Origin: Macrostomum lignano
Taxonomy: Eukaryota
Assembly: GCA_002269645.1 (NCBI GenBank)
Contig: NIVC01000337.1
Coordinates: 124,001 to 188,000, forward strand
Length of the DNA: 64,000 nucleotides
Direction: 5' to 3'
Numbering within the stretch: the stretch's first letter is position 1; each line of letters opens with the position of its first letter. Shown piece by piece: positions 49,101-60,307 of the stretch. The translations under genes were made by a program, and so were the position numbers. The notes under the pieces were generated by a model. That model was not told where the DNA came from. It was given only the letters and a program-made list of their open reading frames with translations, and searched no databases.

Positions 49101-52100
49101 CTCTGCAGTCTGGCACTGGCTTACGCTGTGTGCACAGTGGTGAGCGGCTCGAACAGCTTCAGCATGCTGAACTCAATGGCCGTAGTGCTGGCCGTTGGTA
49201 TTGGATCTGACGATGTGTTTGTCATCGCGTCCGCTTGGAGGCACGCCAAGAAGGTACATGACCAAGCTAGGCTTGCAAATTTAGTTATGCCGCCAAGTTT
49301 GGGACAGAAAAGGTAGACTTTTACTCGTAACTGTTCGAGGCTTAGACTGAACAAAGTACTGCATCCAAATCAACATCCATATAAGAATCCGCATCTGCAC
49401 CACATCCACACCACATCCGCATCCACATCCACATCCACATCCACATCCGCATCCGCATCCGCATCTGTATCCACATCCGCATCATCCACATCCGCATCAT
49501 CCACATCCGTATCATCCACATTCGCATCATCCACATTAGCATCATCCACATCCGCATCACATCTGCATCCATATCGAAGCGAATATCAATAACTGCACAG
49601 AGCTTAGCAGGACCATGTACAAATTCCTTAAGGACCACCGCGACTGCCGCCTAGAGAAGCTGCTGTCTGACACGCTGCAGCATGCCGGACTCTCCGTCAC
49701 CGTGACGAGCCTCACCACGATAGCCGCATTCGCCACCAACATAATCTCGCCCATAGTAGCTATCAACTCATTCGCAATCTACGCCTCTCTAACTGTTGGC
49801 TTCAATCTGTTCTTCATGCTGACCGTGGTGCCAGCAGTCATCGTTGTCGCCGAGCAGACCTGCCGAGCCCCGGCGGCAGTGTGCGATCGACTGCGACGTC
49901 CGCTGGCAGGCGGCGGCTTTCTAGCTGCGATCACCGCTGGCTGCGTCCGGCTTCTGTCCCTGGTGAGCGTTTGAAAAAGTTGAATCTGCTGGTCTGCAGA
50001 GAAAGTCAAAGTAGAGTGGAGTTTTTGTCCATAGGGAATCCCTGTTTACTTGACGATCATTTGAAGCATTAGAAATTTAGAAACTAGATAATCGCTTATT
50101 CGAAAGTCAAGATGTACGTGCAACAACTTTAACGCGGCAACAGGTTGCCATCCGGTTGCGTTACCTGGTGCATCTAGGCGTCGTAGGCGTCATCATATTC
50201 TGCTTCCTTTCGGTCGCCTACTACCCCGGCCTCCGGTTTCCTCGTTCCAATCGGAGATCATTATTCACGCCGGACAATCCGGTTGAAGGCTATCACGCCA
50301 GATACGCAAAGGTAAGCTGGCCCTTGGACTAATTAGTCCAAACCGATGGTGAAGCAGTGGGAGTTTGAATCATCTTCTCGTGCGACTTGAATTCCTAAAA
50401 CTTCTAGGCTTTCCGACTGCAACTCCTGAAGCCCCAGCCGAAGGTTCGAGTCCACTTGGTGTGGGGCGTCCTGCCCAAGGACGGCCGGCACTTTCTGTCT
50501 CCCGCATCTGAGGTGCCGATCAACTACCAGCAGGTAGGCGGCACGACAGGCGAGCTGTTCTCTTCCAACGCGACTCGGATGTGGTTTGAGCGGTTTTGCA
50601 CGACCACGGTGAAGCGAGCGCCCTACATTGCGTCATTCATCAGCCACGAGAACTTGATGTGCGCTTTCAATGGCCACGAGACATTTAGCCTCCTGCACGG
50701 CTTTCAGTTAATTAGCCGGAGGCCGTTCTGCAACAAGGAAGACGCCTGCTGTCGGGAGGGCCCTGGCGATGTCATGGGGTCCAGCTATGGCCGCTTCAGG
50801 GCCTGCTTGGATGACTACCTCAGAAAGATCAGGTAGGTGACAGTCGGTTAACCACTAGAATATACATATGAGCTTCAATGTGAATGGCTATTGTGGGCGC
50901 AACACCTTCGGCGACACCATCCCACACCAGCGCTGAAGCGATTCTGAGCGTTCCGCTGACTTCTGAGTACTTGCAAGCGCGCTAATACTGTACGCAGACA
51001 CGCACTCATGCACACGTTCACACAGGGTGTAAAGCGGCCCTGACTTTCTAATCGTCAGGCCTGTACACTTTCTGAACCTTGGTTGTTGGAATCGCACAAC
51101 AAAACCGACCAATTTTCGTGCAAAAGACCCAAAATTACTAGTGGTTGCGCACGGAATCGAACCAGGGGTCGTGTGGAGCGAAAGTCAGAGGCGTTTAGTG
51201 CTGAGATGCTCTGCCCCTATTATTCTGACTAGACCCATGCACCTATCACAGGACCCAGGTTTTGGCGTAAGCAAGATACTTTAAAGCAATATTCACGAGT
51301 TTATCCCGCATTCTGCAGGCACCGACCGCAGGGTTTCGCAGAAGACCTGTTGACGTTCTACTTCGACGACTCCGACCGGCCGATTGCCTTCCGCGCGTCG
51401 TACGCCACCGACGTACCCGCGGGAGGGGCCAACTTCACGGACCTCTCGCGCATGGTGGCCGAATTGGAGGCCTGGTTTGCCGGCCTCTCAGCCGAAACTG
51501 GCCTGCCCGGATTCGTCTACGCTGAGGGCCTGCTCGAGTGGGAGCTTCGACGGGCGCTCAAATCCGCCGTGCTGCTCTCGGCCGGAGCTGCCCTGGCTGC
51601 CGCGGCTGTCACCTTTCTGCTGACTATGCTCAATCCCCTGCTCGCTCTTCAGTCACTTCTGGTGCTCACTGCCACCCTGTGCGGCACAGCCTGCGTCCTA
51701 TTGTGGCTCGGCTGGTGCGTAGACCTTGTGGAGTGCGTCATCCTCACCTCATCATTTGGCCTGGCAGTTGATTTTACCCTGCACTACGGCGTTGCATTTC
51801 GCACCCATCGGGAGCCGCTCCGGGAGGTCCGAGCCGCTCTGGTGCTGCGTAAAACTGCGCCGCCAATCACCTTCGCCGCTGCAACCACCTGCTTGGCTGG
51901 CGTCGTGGTCGTCACCTCCAGCGTGTACGTGGCTCGCATGACTGGCGTATTTCTCATCACAGTCTCAGGAATGGCCTGGCTTGGCGCCTGTCTAGTATTC
52001 CCCAGCGTCATCGTTACTCTTGGCAACGATCGGGCTGACTTGTGCCAAGCGGGCTGTCCCGGATTCGGCCCGCTGGCCAGTCCCTGCCAGTGCCTCTGCA

Positions 52101-52384
52101 CCGCCTCCGAGGTGCGGCAGCGACGCGATCTGACGCCCTACGCCTCGGAGGTGGTTCGCGAGGCCACGGATATGGCCGAACTGTCTGGCACCGAGTCGAG
52201 CAGCGATCGACTCTTGAACAGCAACTGTCACAGCAGCGCTGGCGCCGGCCACGCAGCTAACAACTGCCGCACTGGCAGAGGAAGCGCGCGAGCAGCGAAT
52301 TCCCCTCCAGCAAACAACGGCGGCAGCAGCCACGGCGGAGACATTCTAGACTCTCCAGTGTGGAAAAGGCGAACTGAAGTGTAG
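43102..52384 (+). CDS. DISP1: Dispatched-family RND/sterol-sensing-domain transporter; exons 43102-43166, 43971-44094, 46572-46800, 47736-48064, 48687-49253, 49633-49962, 50144-50311, 50408-50832, 51319-52384; ~1100 aa
   Basis: [11 protein letters not shown] (TM1); MRSICELE...C...SLPN (ECD1); GIGSDDVFV (GxxxDD); [16 protein letters not shown]; VWGVLPKD (ECD2); [10 protein letters not shown] (GxxxD). All eight GT-AG introns are phase consistent (2,0,1,0,0,0,0,2). Exact paralog identity uncertain. Confidence 0.88.
43200..43600. repeat. 21-bp and 19-bp minisatellites in Dispatched intron 1
   Basis: GGGATAGAGTTGAGTGGAGCT and GGGACAGATTCGGAGGGAC units. Confidence 0.9.
44150..45085. repeat. 20-bp minisatellite (TGTAGGGGTCAGAGAGAGTG)n in Dispatched intron 2
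   Basis: Direct reading. Confidence 0.96.
45638..46490. repeat. 15-bp GC-rich minisatellite (CCCCCGGTGCTTTCG)n in Dispatched intron 2
   Basis: Direct reading. Confidence 0.97.
46826..47225. repeat. 12-bp minisatellite (CTCACTCTGGAT)n in Dispatched intron 3
   Basis: Direct reading. Confidence 0.97.
48070..48630. repeat. 33-bp minisatellite (GCAGCTCATGCAACACAAAGCACACTGCTTGCT)n in Dispatched intron 4
   Basis: Direct reading. Confidence 0.96.
49385..49570. repeat. (CATCCR)n hexamer repeat in Dispatched intron 5
   Basis: Direct reading. Confidence 0.9.
50880..51215 (-). mobile_element. Putative tRNA-derived SINE, antisense, in Dispatched intron 8
   Basis: Minus strand has CCCTGGTTCGATTCCGTGCGCAACCA (B-box/T-arm at 51163-51153, ending CCA) followed by ~250 nt of body; boundaries approximate. 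Confidence 0.45.
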
Positions 52385-52399
52385 AGTAGAGACCGAACT

Positions 52400-52520
52400 G
52401 ATAACTGAGCTGATGACCGAGCCGATGACCGAGCTGATGACCGAGTCGATGACCGAGCTGATTACCGAGTCGATGACCGAGCTGATGACCGAGCCGATGA
52501 CTGAGCCGACGACCGAGACA
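52400..52520. repeat. 12-bp repeat (GATGACCGAGCY)n just after the Dispatched stop
   Basis: Direct reading. Confidence 0.9.
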
Positions 52521-53561
52521 ATAGCTGACTGTATGCTGGTGCCAAAGCGTAAAGTTCTTCAAACTACTCGTAGTTGAACCATCTATTTAGTGTCCGTATT
52601 AAAATTTACTTTTCATTTATAGATTTGCATTGCGCAATTCACACTACTCGTAGTTAGAACATAAAAAAATGAATACACTGCACGCTGTACTTTCTCACTA
52701 ACGTTCAGATTGCCCAGCCTACGAGCTAGACAAATGAAAAGTGGCTCGATTATTCGATGCGCTGGGGAACGTTTACCTACAATCTCAGAATATGGTCTTT
52801 TTTTAAGCAAACTTTGCAGTACCTACAGCTTGGCATTTTCAAGATTTCAGCTTGTTGGCTAATGTCTGGCTACTTACAGTAAACATGCAAAACTTCTAAT
52901 TTAGGTATGTTATGCAACCCACTGCGCTGAAGAGTTTAAGAGTGGTGATCAGTCACTCGAAAAGTCCCACTTCTAGGCACTCAAATACTCAAATAAAATC
53001 AAATACTCTTACTGCAGCGGATCCTCTTGCGGTCGGTAGTCGTCGGAGTTGTTGGTTGTAGGTCTAGCTAGCTTGTTGAGCGGTGGCGGCGGCCGGTTTC
53101 GGTGAACAGCTGTTGTCTCTTGGAGTCCTTAACTTTATGTGTGAGTCGACTAAAACGAGAGCGAATCAGAATTCTTGACGGTCCTTGAGCTCGGAATTAA
53201 CAATAGAACGTGAGCCTAATGAACATTTGAATTCTCTGATTTCTGTAATAGGTCCTCCTGAAGGGCGCGTCTTCTTCGTTACGTCCGAAAGGCAACGGAT
53301 AACTCAAATGAAATCAATAAATCCTTTAGGAATATATCCTAGGAAACAAGGCCTTTCTCAAATGTGTCGACAATAAGTGGCTCTCGTAAACTCAATTAAT
53401 CAACTTATTAGTGCTATAGCAAAGAACTAAATCTGGTAAACGCTTACCAATAGGTCCGGATTTCCTCTCTCAGAGATGGGCCTTCTTTGTTAACGTATTC
53501 CAAAGTCTTCTTTAATACCGCTCCGAGCCTGAATTTTTGACTCGGATTTTCGCTTGTATTT

Positions 53562-54007
53562 GAGTAGCTCCGAGTCGCCTGTGCCCACCCGGATACAAGC
53601 ACTCTCAGTTCGGATCCTCATACAAGGTGTCGGCCTCACCTGTGATCAATTGGGCTGACGCTCTCTCCCGGTGCGGCCAGGAGGCCGGACTGTCGAAGTT
53701 CGCGGACGCTCTGGACTCCGACGAGTCGCGTCACCTGATGTGGATCAAGGGCGTGTCGAACAGCCCTGTAGAGAGTTTGTACCTGGGTGGCCATCAGATT
53801 TTGGGCTCTGCGAACAAGACTGAAGGCTGGATCTGGGACGCCTGCAATGAGGGCATCCGGGCCGACGTCCAGGAGCCCGGGAGGCCGAAGGGTGGGTGGC
53901 CGAAGTAAGGCTGCGCGGCTGTTTACGCTAATCACAAGATCGGCATCAATGATATCAGATGCTCTAGCAACCTGAAGTACCTTTGCGAGTGCCTGTCCGT
54001 GTTCTAA
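53562..54007 (+). pseudogene. C-type lectin copy A: 5'-truncated, premature TAA at 53906-53908
   Basis: Homology to copy B starts at GAGTAGCTCC (~53562); reads RLCPPGYKHSQFGSSYKV...GWPK*GCAAVYANHKIGINDIRCSSNLKYLCECLSVF*. Confidence 0.85.
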
Positions 54008-55049
54008 CTTACGATATTTTTTGTGGCTCAGTAGTTTCAATGCTTGTCGCATGGCACCAAAGAAAGTTGAAGATTGAATTCTCTGCCAACTTTATCCCCA
54101 GCTTTTATATCAGCTCTTATCATAAGCATATGTTTTCCATGTTTTCCACTGCAGGAAAAATTTACGACGGGTTAAGAATAGAATTTAGATTACAAACTAA
54201 GAAAATTTCTATTGTGGTGCTATGGCTATTGTAGCCGTGCTTCCCTTCTATTGTTTGGGACAATAGTCTCTATAGAAAAAGGCGGGAAACAATGCTTGTA
54301 CTTATGTTTATCCTTATAATGAGGCCACTTGCGGTTTTGTAGTGATCTGGACCGGCTTATCCTTCATTGCCTTGAAATTCAGCTCTTAGATCTCCTGGGA
54401 AAGCATCAATGGACGACTGGTAGAATAGCTCGTATATTTAATAACACAAAATTAATAAACATTTCTATTAGGATCATAAGACCTGTGAATGATACTGTCA
54501 CTGCCTTGCAACAACAAGCTGAGGAGCGAGTTAGATTCTAATATAAATGCACATCTTGGGTGGCACCTGGTCAATGATTCGTGTACGTCGTTGCATTCTC
54601 ATTTGGAGCCTCAAATATATTAATGGCGAACTTGGCCAGTCAGTTCCTCAGCTTAAACCGCCGTCTTCAGACTTTAAAGTGGCGTTGCAAGCCAAGCCCA
54701 CTTTGGCTAGCCACTTATTGTTCAACACATCTCACTGCCACCCCTGAGCATCAGCACTAGTGCGAATCAACGGAATGCCAGTAAACGCTGGAACAAATGG
54801 TCATTTTTGTGACTCCGTCGAAGCGTCAGGCATCGCAAGCTTCTGGCCTACACGGTCTTGCAGAGAAATCGCGAAAATCATAAAGGACCTGTCAATCGAT
54901 AAGACTCGTAAGCGTTCATGAATTTCATTCTTACTAGAGCCATTCTCCCCCTTCACTGAATTAATTTTATATGTCGGCGTGAAATAAAAAAAGCACAAAG
55001 ATCGATTTATTTTTAACCCCCTCTCTCTTTCCTCCCTCCACACTCTCTG

Positions 55050-55885
55050 TGTACAGTGTTGTCGGATTCAGCGCGCAGGAATGTCGTTCCCGCACTCGTT
55101 CGCGTGCCGGAATGCAACTGTCTATGGGAAAAACGCCATTGAAATCAAGCAGAAAATCAGTGCAGGAATGATGTGCGATTCTTGCACTACGAGTATAAAG
55201 GAAACGGAACATTAATTATATAGTATATTTTGTTCATTTAAATTTACTTTGGTTAACTTTGGTTTAAGTGTCTATGGTCTCGTATTACTGCGTCCCCTTG
55301 ACCCCTGCTTCCTACCACTCTTACTGTGTGCAAGAATGAATCCAACAACACTGCAATTTCCGCACTCTAACAAGTGCGTCAATGGCAAAAGCACGAGTGC
55401 GCGTAGAATATACCATTCTCTCTCCTCCCCATACATTTGCGTACAATTTTAAATAAATTGTTTGCGTGCAGGAACGGAGAGTGTCATTCCTGCACGATGT
55501 CCATGTGTAAAACAGTGGAGATTGTGCCATAGATTATTTAATTCCTGCACGACTGCCTTCATTCCCGCACGCTGGGTCAAATAAGAATGATATATTCCTG
55601 CACGGTCACGAGTGCGGGAATGACATCTGCACGAGTGCGCGCTAGCGCACGAGTGCACGATGTCCTTCACGCACGAGTGAACGTGAAGGAATTCCATTGT
55701 CGGATGATTCATCGTGCAGGAATGCACAAAACCGTGCAGGAATGCATTTCTGCGCCTAATGCTTTTTCAGTGAGATTTTACCATAGACATCCATTCCTGC
55801 ACGCAAAAGAGTGCAAGAATGCCATTCTTGCATGGAAAATCAGCCGACAATGTTCAGACTAGCTCGCGCATATTTTGTCTATGGT
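55050..55885. mobile_element. Nest of MITE-like fragments with CCATAGAC/GTCTATGG ends and many GTGCAGGAATG/CATTCCTGCAC motifs
   Basis: More than a dozen copies of the motif in both orientations; one CCATAGAC...GTCTATGG-bounded unit at ~55781-55884. Family not identified. Confidence 0.5.
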
Positions 55886-56595
55886 TCAAGTCTAACTCCA
55901 CACCCCAGCTCCACCCTTGTCTACTTTAGCCACACATGTTGGATCAAATAAGAATGGGAATCAAGCACTTTGACGTCAGCGTGCTAGATTCCTCCATTCT
56001 ACAAGCTCCTGAAAAGTGGCGAGAGATTAGAAAAAATTTTCCGCCACCGGTGCTTGCGTGAACAATAAAAGCAAGCTCTGTTTTTATCCAATCGCCTTCC
56101 GGTCCGCCTTTGCCATAGTAACAAAGGGACCGAAAGCATCTCCCTAAACCCATGTGATGCGAGCGGGTAACACAAGTTGCTGCGAATCAGCTTGAAACGG
56201 CACAAAAAATCAATAGGTTTTTTTCTCTTCCCATCCTGTTTCAAGCTGCCAATGCTGAGGGAAATGCGACGAAGCAGGCTCTTCTGCCCCTGGCGCAGAG
56301 AGGACTCATCTCAGAACTCCATAAATTCCAAATCTACTAGCTCTTGCTCTAGAAGCAAAAATTTTTACGATTCCTCTACCACTTTTCGACAGAATACAAA
56401 AGCACAAATACTTTTCCACTGGATAGTGTCTTAATCTGCTGGCTCTGGTTTCACTAATTGGATCATTTGCTCTCAATTGTAAGTTGCTGATCGGACTCAA
56501 ACCTGACATTTTCCATATTTCATTAGACTTAAAGCGAATACATACTCAGTAATGCGACAGAAAACTGATTTCCTGTCACCAGACGGCCAGTTGAA

Positions 56596-57357
56596 ATGCT
56601 GCTATTGCTGCTACTGCTGACGCTGAGTGTCGTGGTAAAAAGTGAACCAACTTGTGATTCTCTGAAAGCGACTTTCCACCCGATCTCTGGCGCTGACTGC
56701 GTGACGTCCAGCTTCACCCACACCGTGTGGGGCTCGTGCGATCCGCAGTCCTGCAGCCTGCACTGCGCCAAGATGCCGAACTGCCGGGCCTTCTCGCTGC
56801 CGGATGGCGACTGCCTCTGCAAGCTGTTCCTGTTCGACAAGTGCAGCCACCGAGTGCAGTCAGTGGCCAACTGCACTCACCGAGTAACCGTGTACGTGAG
56901 ATCGCTACCTGGAGTAGCTCCGGGTCGCCTGTGCCCACCCGGATACAACTACTCTCAGTTCGGATCCTCATACAAGGTGTCGGCCGAATCTGTGACCAAT
57001 TGGGCTGACGCTCTCTCCCGGTGCGGACAGGAGGCCGGACTGTCGAAGTTCGCGGACGCTCTGGACTCGGACGAGTCACGTCACCTGATGTGGATCAAGA
57101 ACGTGTCGAACATTCCTGTGGAGAGTTTGTACCTGGGTGGCCACCAGATTCTGGGCTCTGCGGGCAAGACGGAAGGCTGGATCTGGGACGCCTGCAACGA
57201 GAGCATCCGGGCCGATGTCTGGGAGCCGGGGAGGCCGAACAACGGATTGCCCAGTGAGGGCTGCGCGGCTGTCTACACTGGTCACAAGCTCGGCGTCGAT
57301 GATGCCGGATGCTCTAAAAGCTGGAAGTACATCTGCGAGTGCCTGTCCGTGTTCTAA
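56596..57357 (+). CDS. Secreted protein, 253 aa: signal peptide + Cys-rich PAN/apple-like module + C-type lectin domain (copy B, intact, intronless)
   Basis: Signal MLLLLLLLTLSVVVKS; CSLHCAKMPNCRAF module; CTLD hallmarks CPPGY, WADALSRC, LYLGG, WIW, GCAAV, DDAGCSKSWKYICE. Confidence 0.9.
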   Translation: MLLLLLLLTLSVVVKSEPTCDSLKATFHPISGADCVTSSFTHTVWGSCDPQSCSLHCAKMPNCRAFSLPDGDCLCKLFLFDKCSHRVQSVANCTHRVTVYVRSLPGVAPGRLCPPGYNYSQFGSSYKVSAESVTNWADALSRCGQEAGLSKFADALDSDESRHLMWIKNVSNIPVESLYLGGHQILGSAGKTEGWIWDACNESIRADVWEPGRPNNGLPSEGCAAVYTGHKLGVDDAGCSKSWKYICECLSVF

Positions 57358-58456
57358 CTTACATGGTCGTAGCGCAGAAGCTTGAATGCTGTCGCATGGG
57401 ACCAATGAAAGTTTGAAGATACGAGCTACCTTGACATTCTCTATAAGTGAACAATATTTAGAGTCAACCAACGCAGCCCAACTGTTGCATGTTTTGTGTT
57501 TGTGGTAATATCAACCAACCTCTCTTGCTATCCTAAGTGGAATGCCAACGCAAACTGCCTTTATATCCTGTAAGGAAGCTGTTTGACTTTGGTCCGTCTC
57601 TCTGTGTCAACAAGTATAGCTTAACATCTGGAATACACACTCAAACACCAAATACCTTTTTAATTGGCAAATTTCAATGCCATAAGCATGTTTTATCTAA
57701 CACCAACATGCGTTCAAATGCAATAACTTTTTACGGCTTGTTGGAACAACTGTAGTGAGCTTATGAGCCACTGACATTTGTGCGGTCTGTGATCCGAAAA
57801 TGATGGTCACACAAACGAGCGAGCGGCATCTGCTTCTCAGATGGGGACAAGAGAAGTGAAACAGACGGCAATGCCAAGAGCTGGCAGCAACCTCACCGAA
57901 AAGCGGTGAGAAATTTGCAATTTTCTGAGCCACCGTTGTTTGCGTGGATAATAGATGTGAACTCATGCTCCGCTTTTTCCCAATCGCCTCCCTGCCCGCC
58001 GTTGCCATCGTAACAAAAGGGACCCGAGAGCTTCTCCCTAAGCCCATGTGATGCGAGCGGGTAACACAAGTTGCTCCGAATCAGCTTGGAACGGTAATGC
58101 AAATTCCAATTAATGCAAATTATTAATTGGTTTTTCTCTTCCCATCCTGTTTCACGCTACTAATGCTGTTTGAAGTGCGACGCAGGAGCCTCTTCTTCTC
58201 CTGGCGCAGAAAGGACTCATCTCCGGGCCTATTACTCTAAGGGAGCAATAACTTTTAAGATTCCTGTACCACTTTTCGACGCGACGAAAGACTAAAACAG
58301 AAAACCGGCGTGCTTTTCCACTGGATAGTGTCCGAATCTGCTGGCTGATATAAACCTGATATTTTCCTTATTGCATTAGACTTACAGCGACCACATTAGA
58401 GCTACTCAGTAATACGACCGAAAACTGAATTTACTGTCACCAGACAACCACATGAA

Positions 58457-60307
58457 ATGCTGCTACTGCTGCTGCTGCTGACGTACTTCAGCGTTACGGT
58501 AAAAAGTGAATCAACTTGCAACTCTCCGAAAGCGACTTTTCACCCCATCTCTGGCGCTGTCTGCGTGACTTTCAGCTTCTGTAGAGTGTTCTACATCCCT
58601 CAAAAAGTGATAAAATTGTGAACGTACTACTTACATAGTAGTAAGACAAGTAGCATGTATACGAATAAGCGTTGAATCACATATATATCTTAATCAACCA
58701 ATCAGAAGAGCGAAAAGTCGGACATGTAATTTTTAGCAACCAATCAATCATGTGACCTACAATTGTCAGTTCAAACCCCATCTGCGATTCATCATTGGTC
58801 AAGTGTGACCTACATTTGTCAGTTCAAACCCCACCTACGATTCATCATTCGGCTTGCACCCGGATGAACCAATCAAAGGTATCTAAAAATAGCTCAGCTA
58901 CGGTAACAATCATGCGCGCTTACACTAGACTAGTTGCTTAACTTTCTACCCTGTCATGCTTGCCAGCAACCAAAGCGTGACCCTTTGACATTTACGAAAA
59001 AGGTGATGGACGACCTCGAGAGAGGTCCATTTGCCTATAAATACAAGTGGTCCGAAGCGGACCCGGAGCCAACTCCCGACGATAGAAGCTCCGAAGAGGA
59101 AGCCTTAGGAGGACTTCCTGATCACCAAGTCAAGTTGAGTTGTTGCGGTAAGCCTTGCTCATTTGCGCCCGTGGTTTGAGTCGACTCACTCAAACTGAGT
59201 GATAGTGTTAGAGTCTGTTGAGACTCTTGAGTCCATCTGAGACTCCATTGGTTGTAGTCACCCGAAGGACTACCCTAAAAGATCTTAGAGGATCTATTAG
59301 AGATTACCGGAGCAATACCTAGAGTGCATTGAGGCACTACTAGAAGGAGAAGGTTTAAGTGAAACCGCAGGTCGGCGCAGGGTACCCATTGTTGACACGA
59401 GGCCTCTGATTGGTCCTGACTGCAGATACCGGCCGGAAACAACTTCATCGGAAGTAAAAGAAGATACAGGACCAGATCGACCGATTCTAGACGTCTACAT
59501 TTCCTGAAGGACAGGAACGCAACAGATTGCGAGAACAACTCGTTGGACGAGAACTACAAGGAGATCTGTCAAACCGGAGTCAAGGTAAGCAGTACCTTCA
59601 TTTGATAACTGGGTTGCCTAGCAAAGTAGCTAGAAGTAATTGTTCCTTGATTACTGAGAGAGTCTTGGTAGTAAGGAGCATCACTTCACCCACACCGTGT
59701 GGGGCTCGTCCGATCCGCAGTCCTGCAGCCTGCACTGCGCCAAGATGCCGAACTGCCGGGCCTTCTCGCTGCCGGATGGCGACTGCCTCTGCAAGCTGTT
59801 CCTGTTCGACAAGTGCAGCCATCGAGTGTAGTCAGTGGCCAACTGCACTCACCGAGTGACCGTGTACGTGAGATCGCTACCTGGAGTAGCTCCGGGTCGC
59901 CTGTGCCCACCCGGATACGAGTACTCTCAGTTCGGATCCTCATACAAGGTGTCGGCCTCACCTGCGACCAATTGGGCTGACGCTCTCTCCCGGCCGGACT
60001 GTCGAAGTTCACGGACGCTCTGGACTTGGACGAGTCGCGTCACCTGATGTGGATCAAGAACGTGTCGAACATTCCTGTAGAGAGTTTGTACCTGGGTGGC
60101 CACCAGATTCCGGGCTCTGAGGACAAGACGGAAGGCTGGATCTGGGACGCCTGCAACGAGAGCATCCGGGCCGACGTCTGGGAGCCGGGGACGCCGAAAA
60201 ACGGATTACCCACTGAGGGCTGCGCTGCTGTCCACAAGATCGGCGTCGATGATGCCGGATGCTATTTCAACTGGAAATACATCTGCGAGTGCCTGTCCGT
60301 GTTCTAA
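58457..60307 (+). pseudogene. C-type lectin copy C disrupted by a solo LTR, a nonsense codon and a frameshift
   Basis: Codons 1-41 at 58457-58579, resuming at 59688; in-frame TAG at 59829-59831 (CAG in copy B); 13-nt deletion at 59993/59994; paralogous stop at 60305-60307. Confidence 0.9.
58580..59683 (+). mobile_element. Solo LTR, 1104 bp, TG...CA termini, 4-bp TSD CTTC (Gypsy-like)
   Basis: Comparison with copy B gives exact boundaries; CTTC at 58576-58579 and 59684-59687; several CCAAT boxes in the 5' third. Orientation inferred from those promoter motifs. Confidence 0.88.

Noticed and set aside
53160-53560. Minus-strand IPKGF peptide as a Penelope ORF fragment
   Set aside because: Surrounded by stops, only five residues, and opposite in orientation to the hammerhead-like motif.
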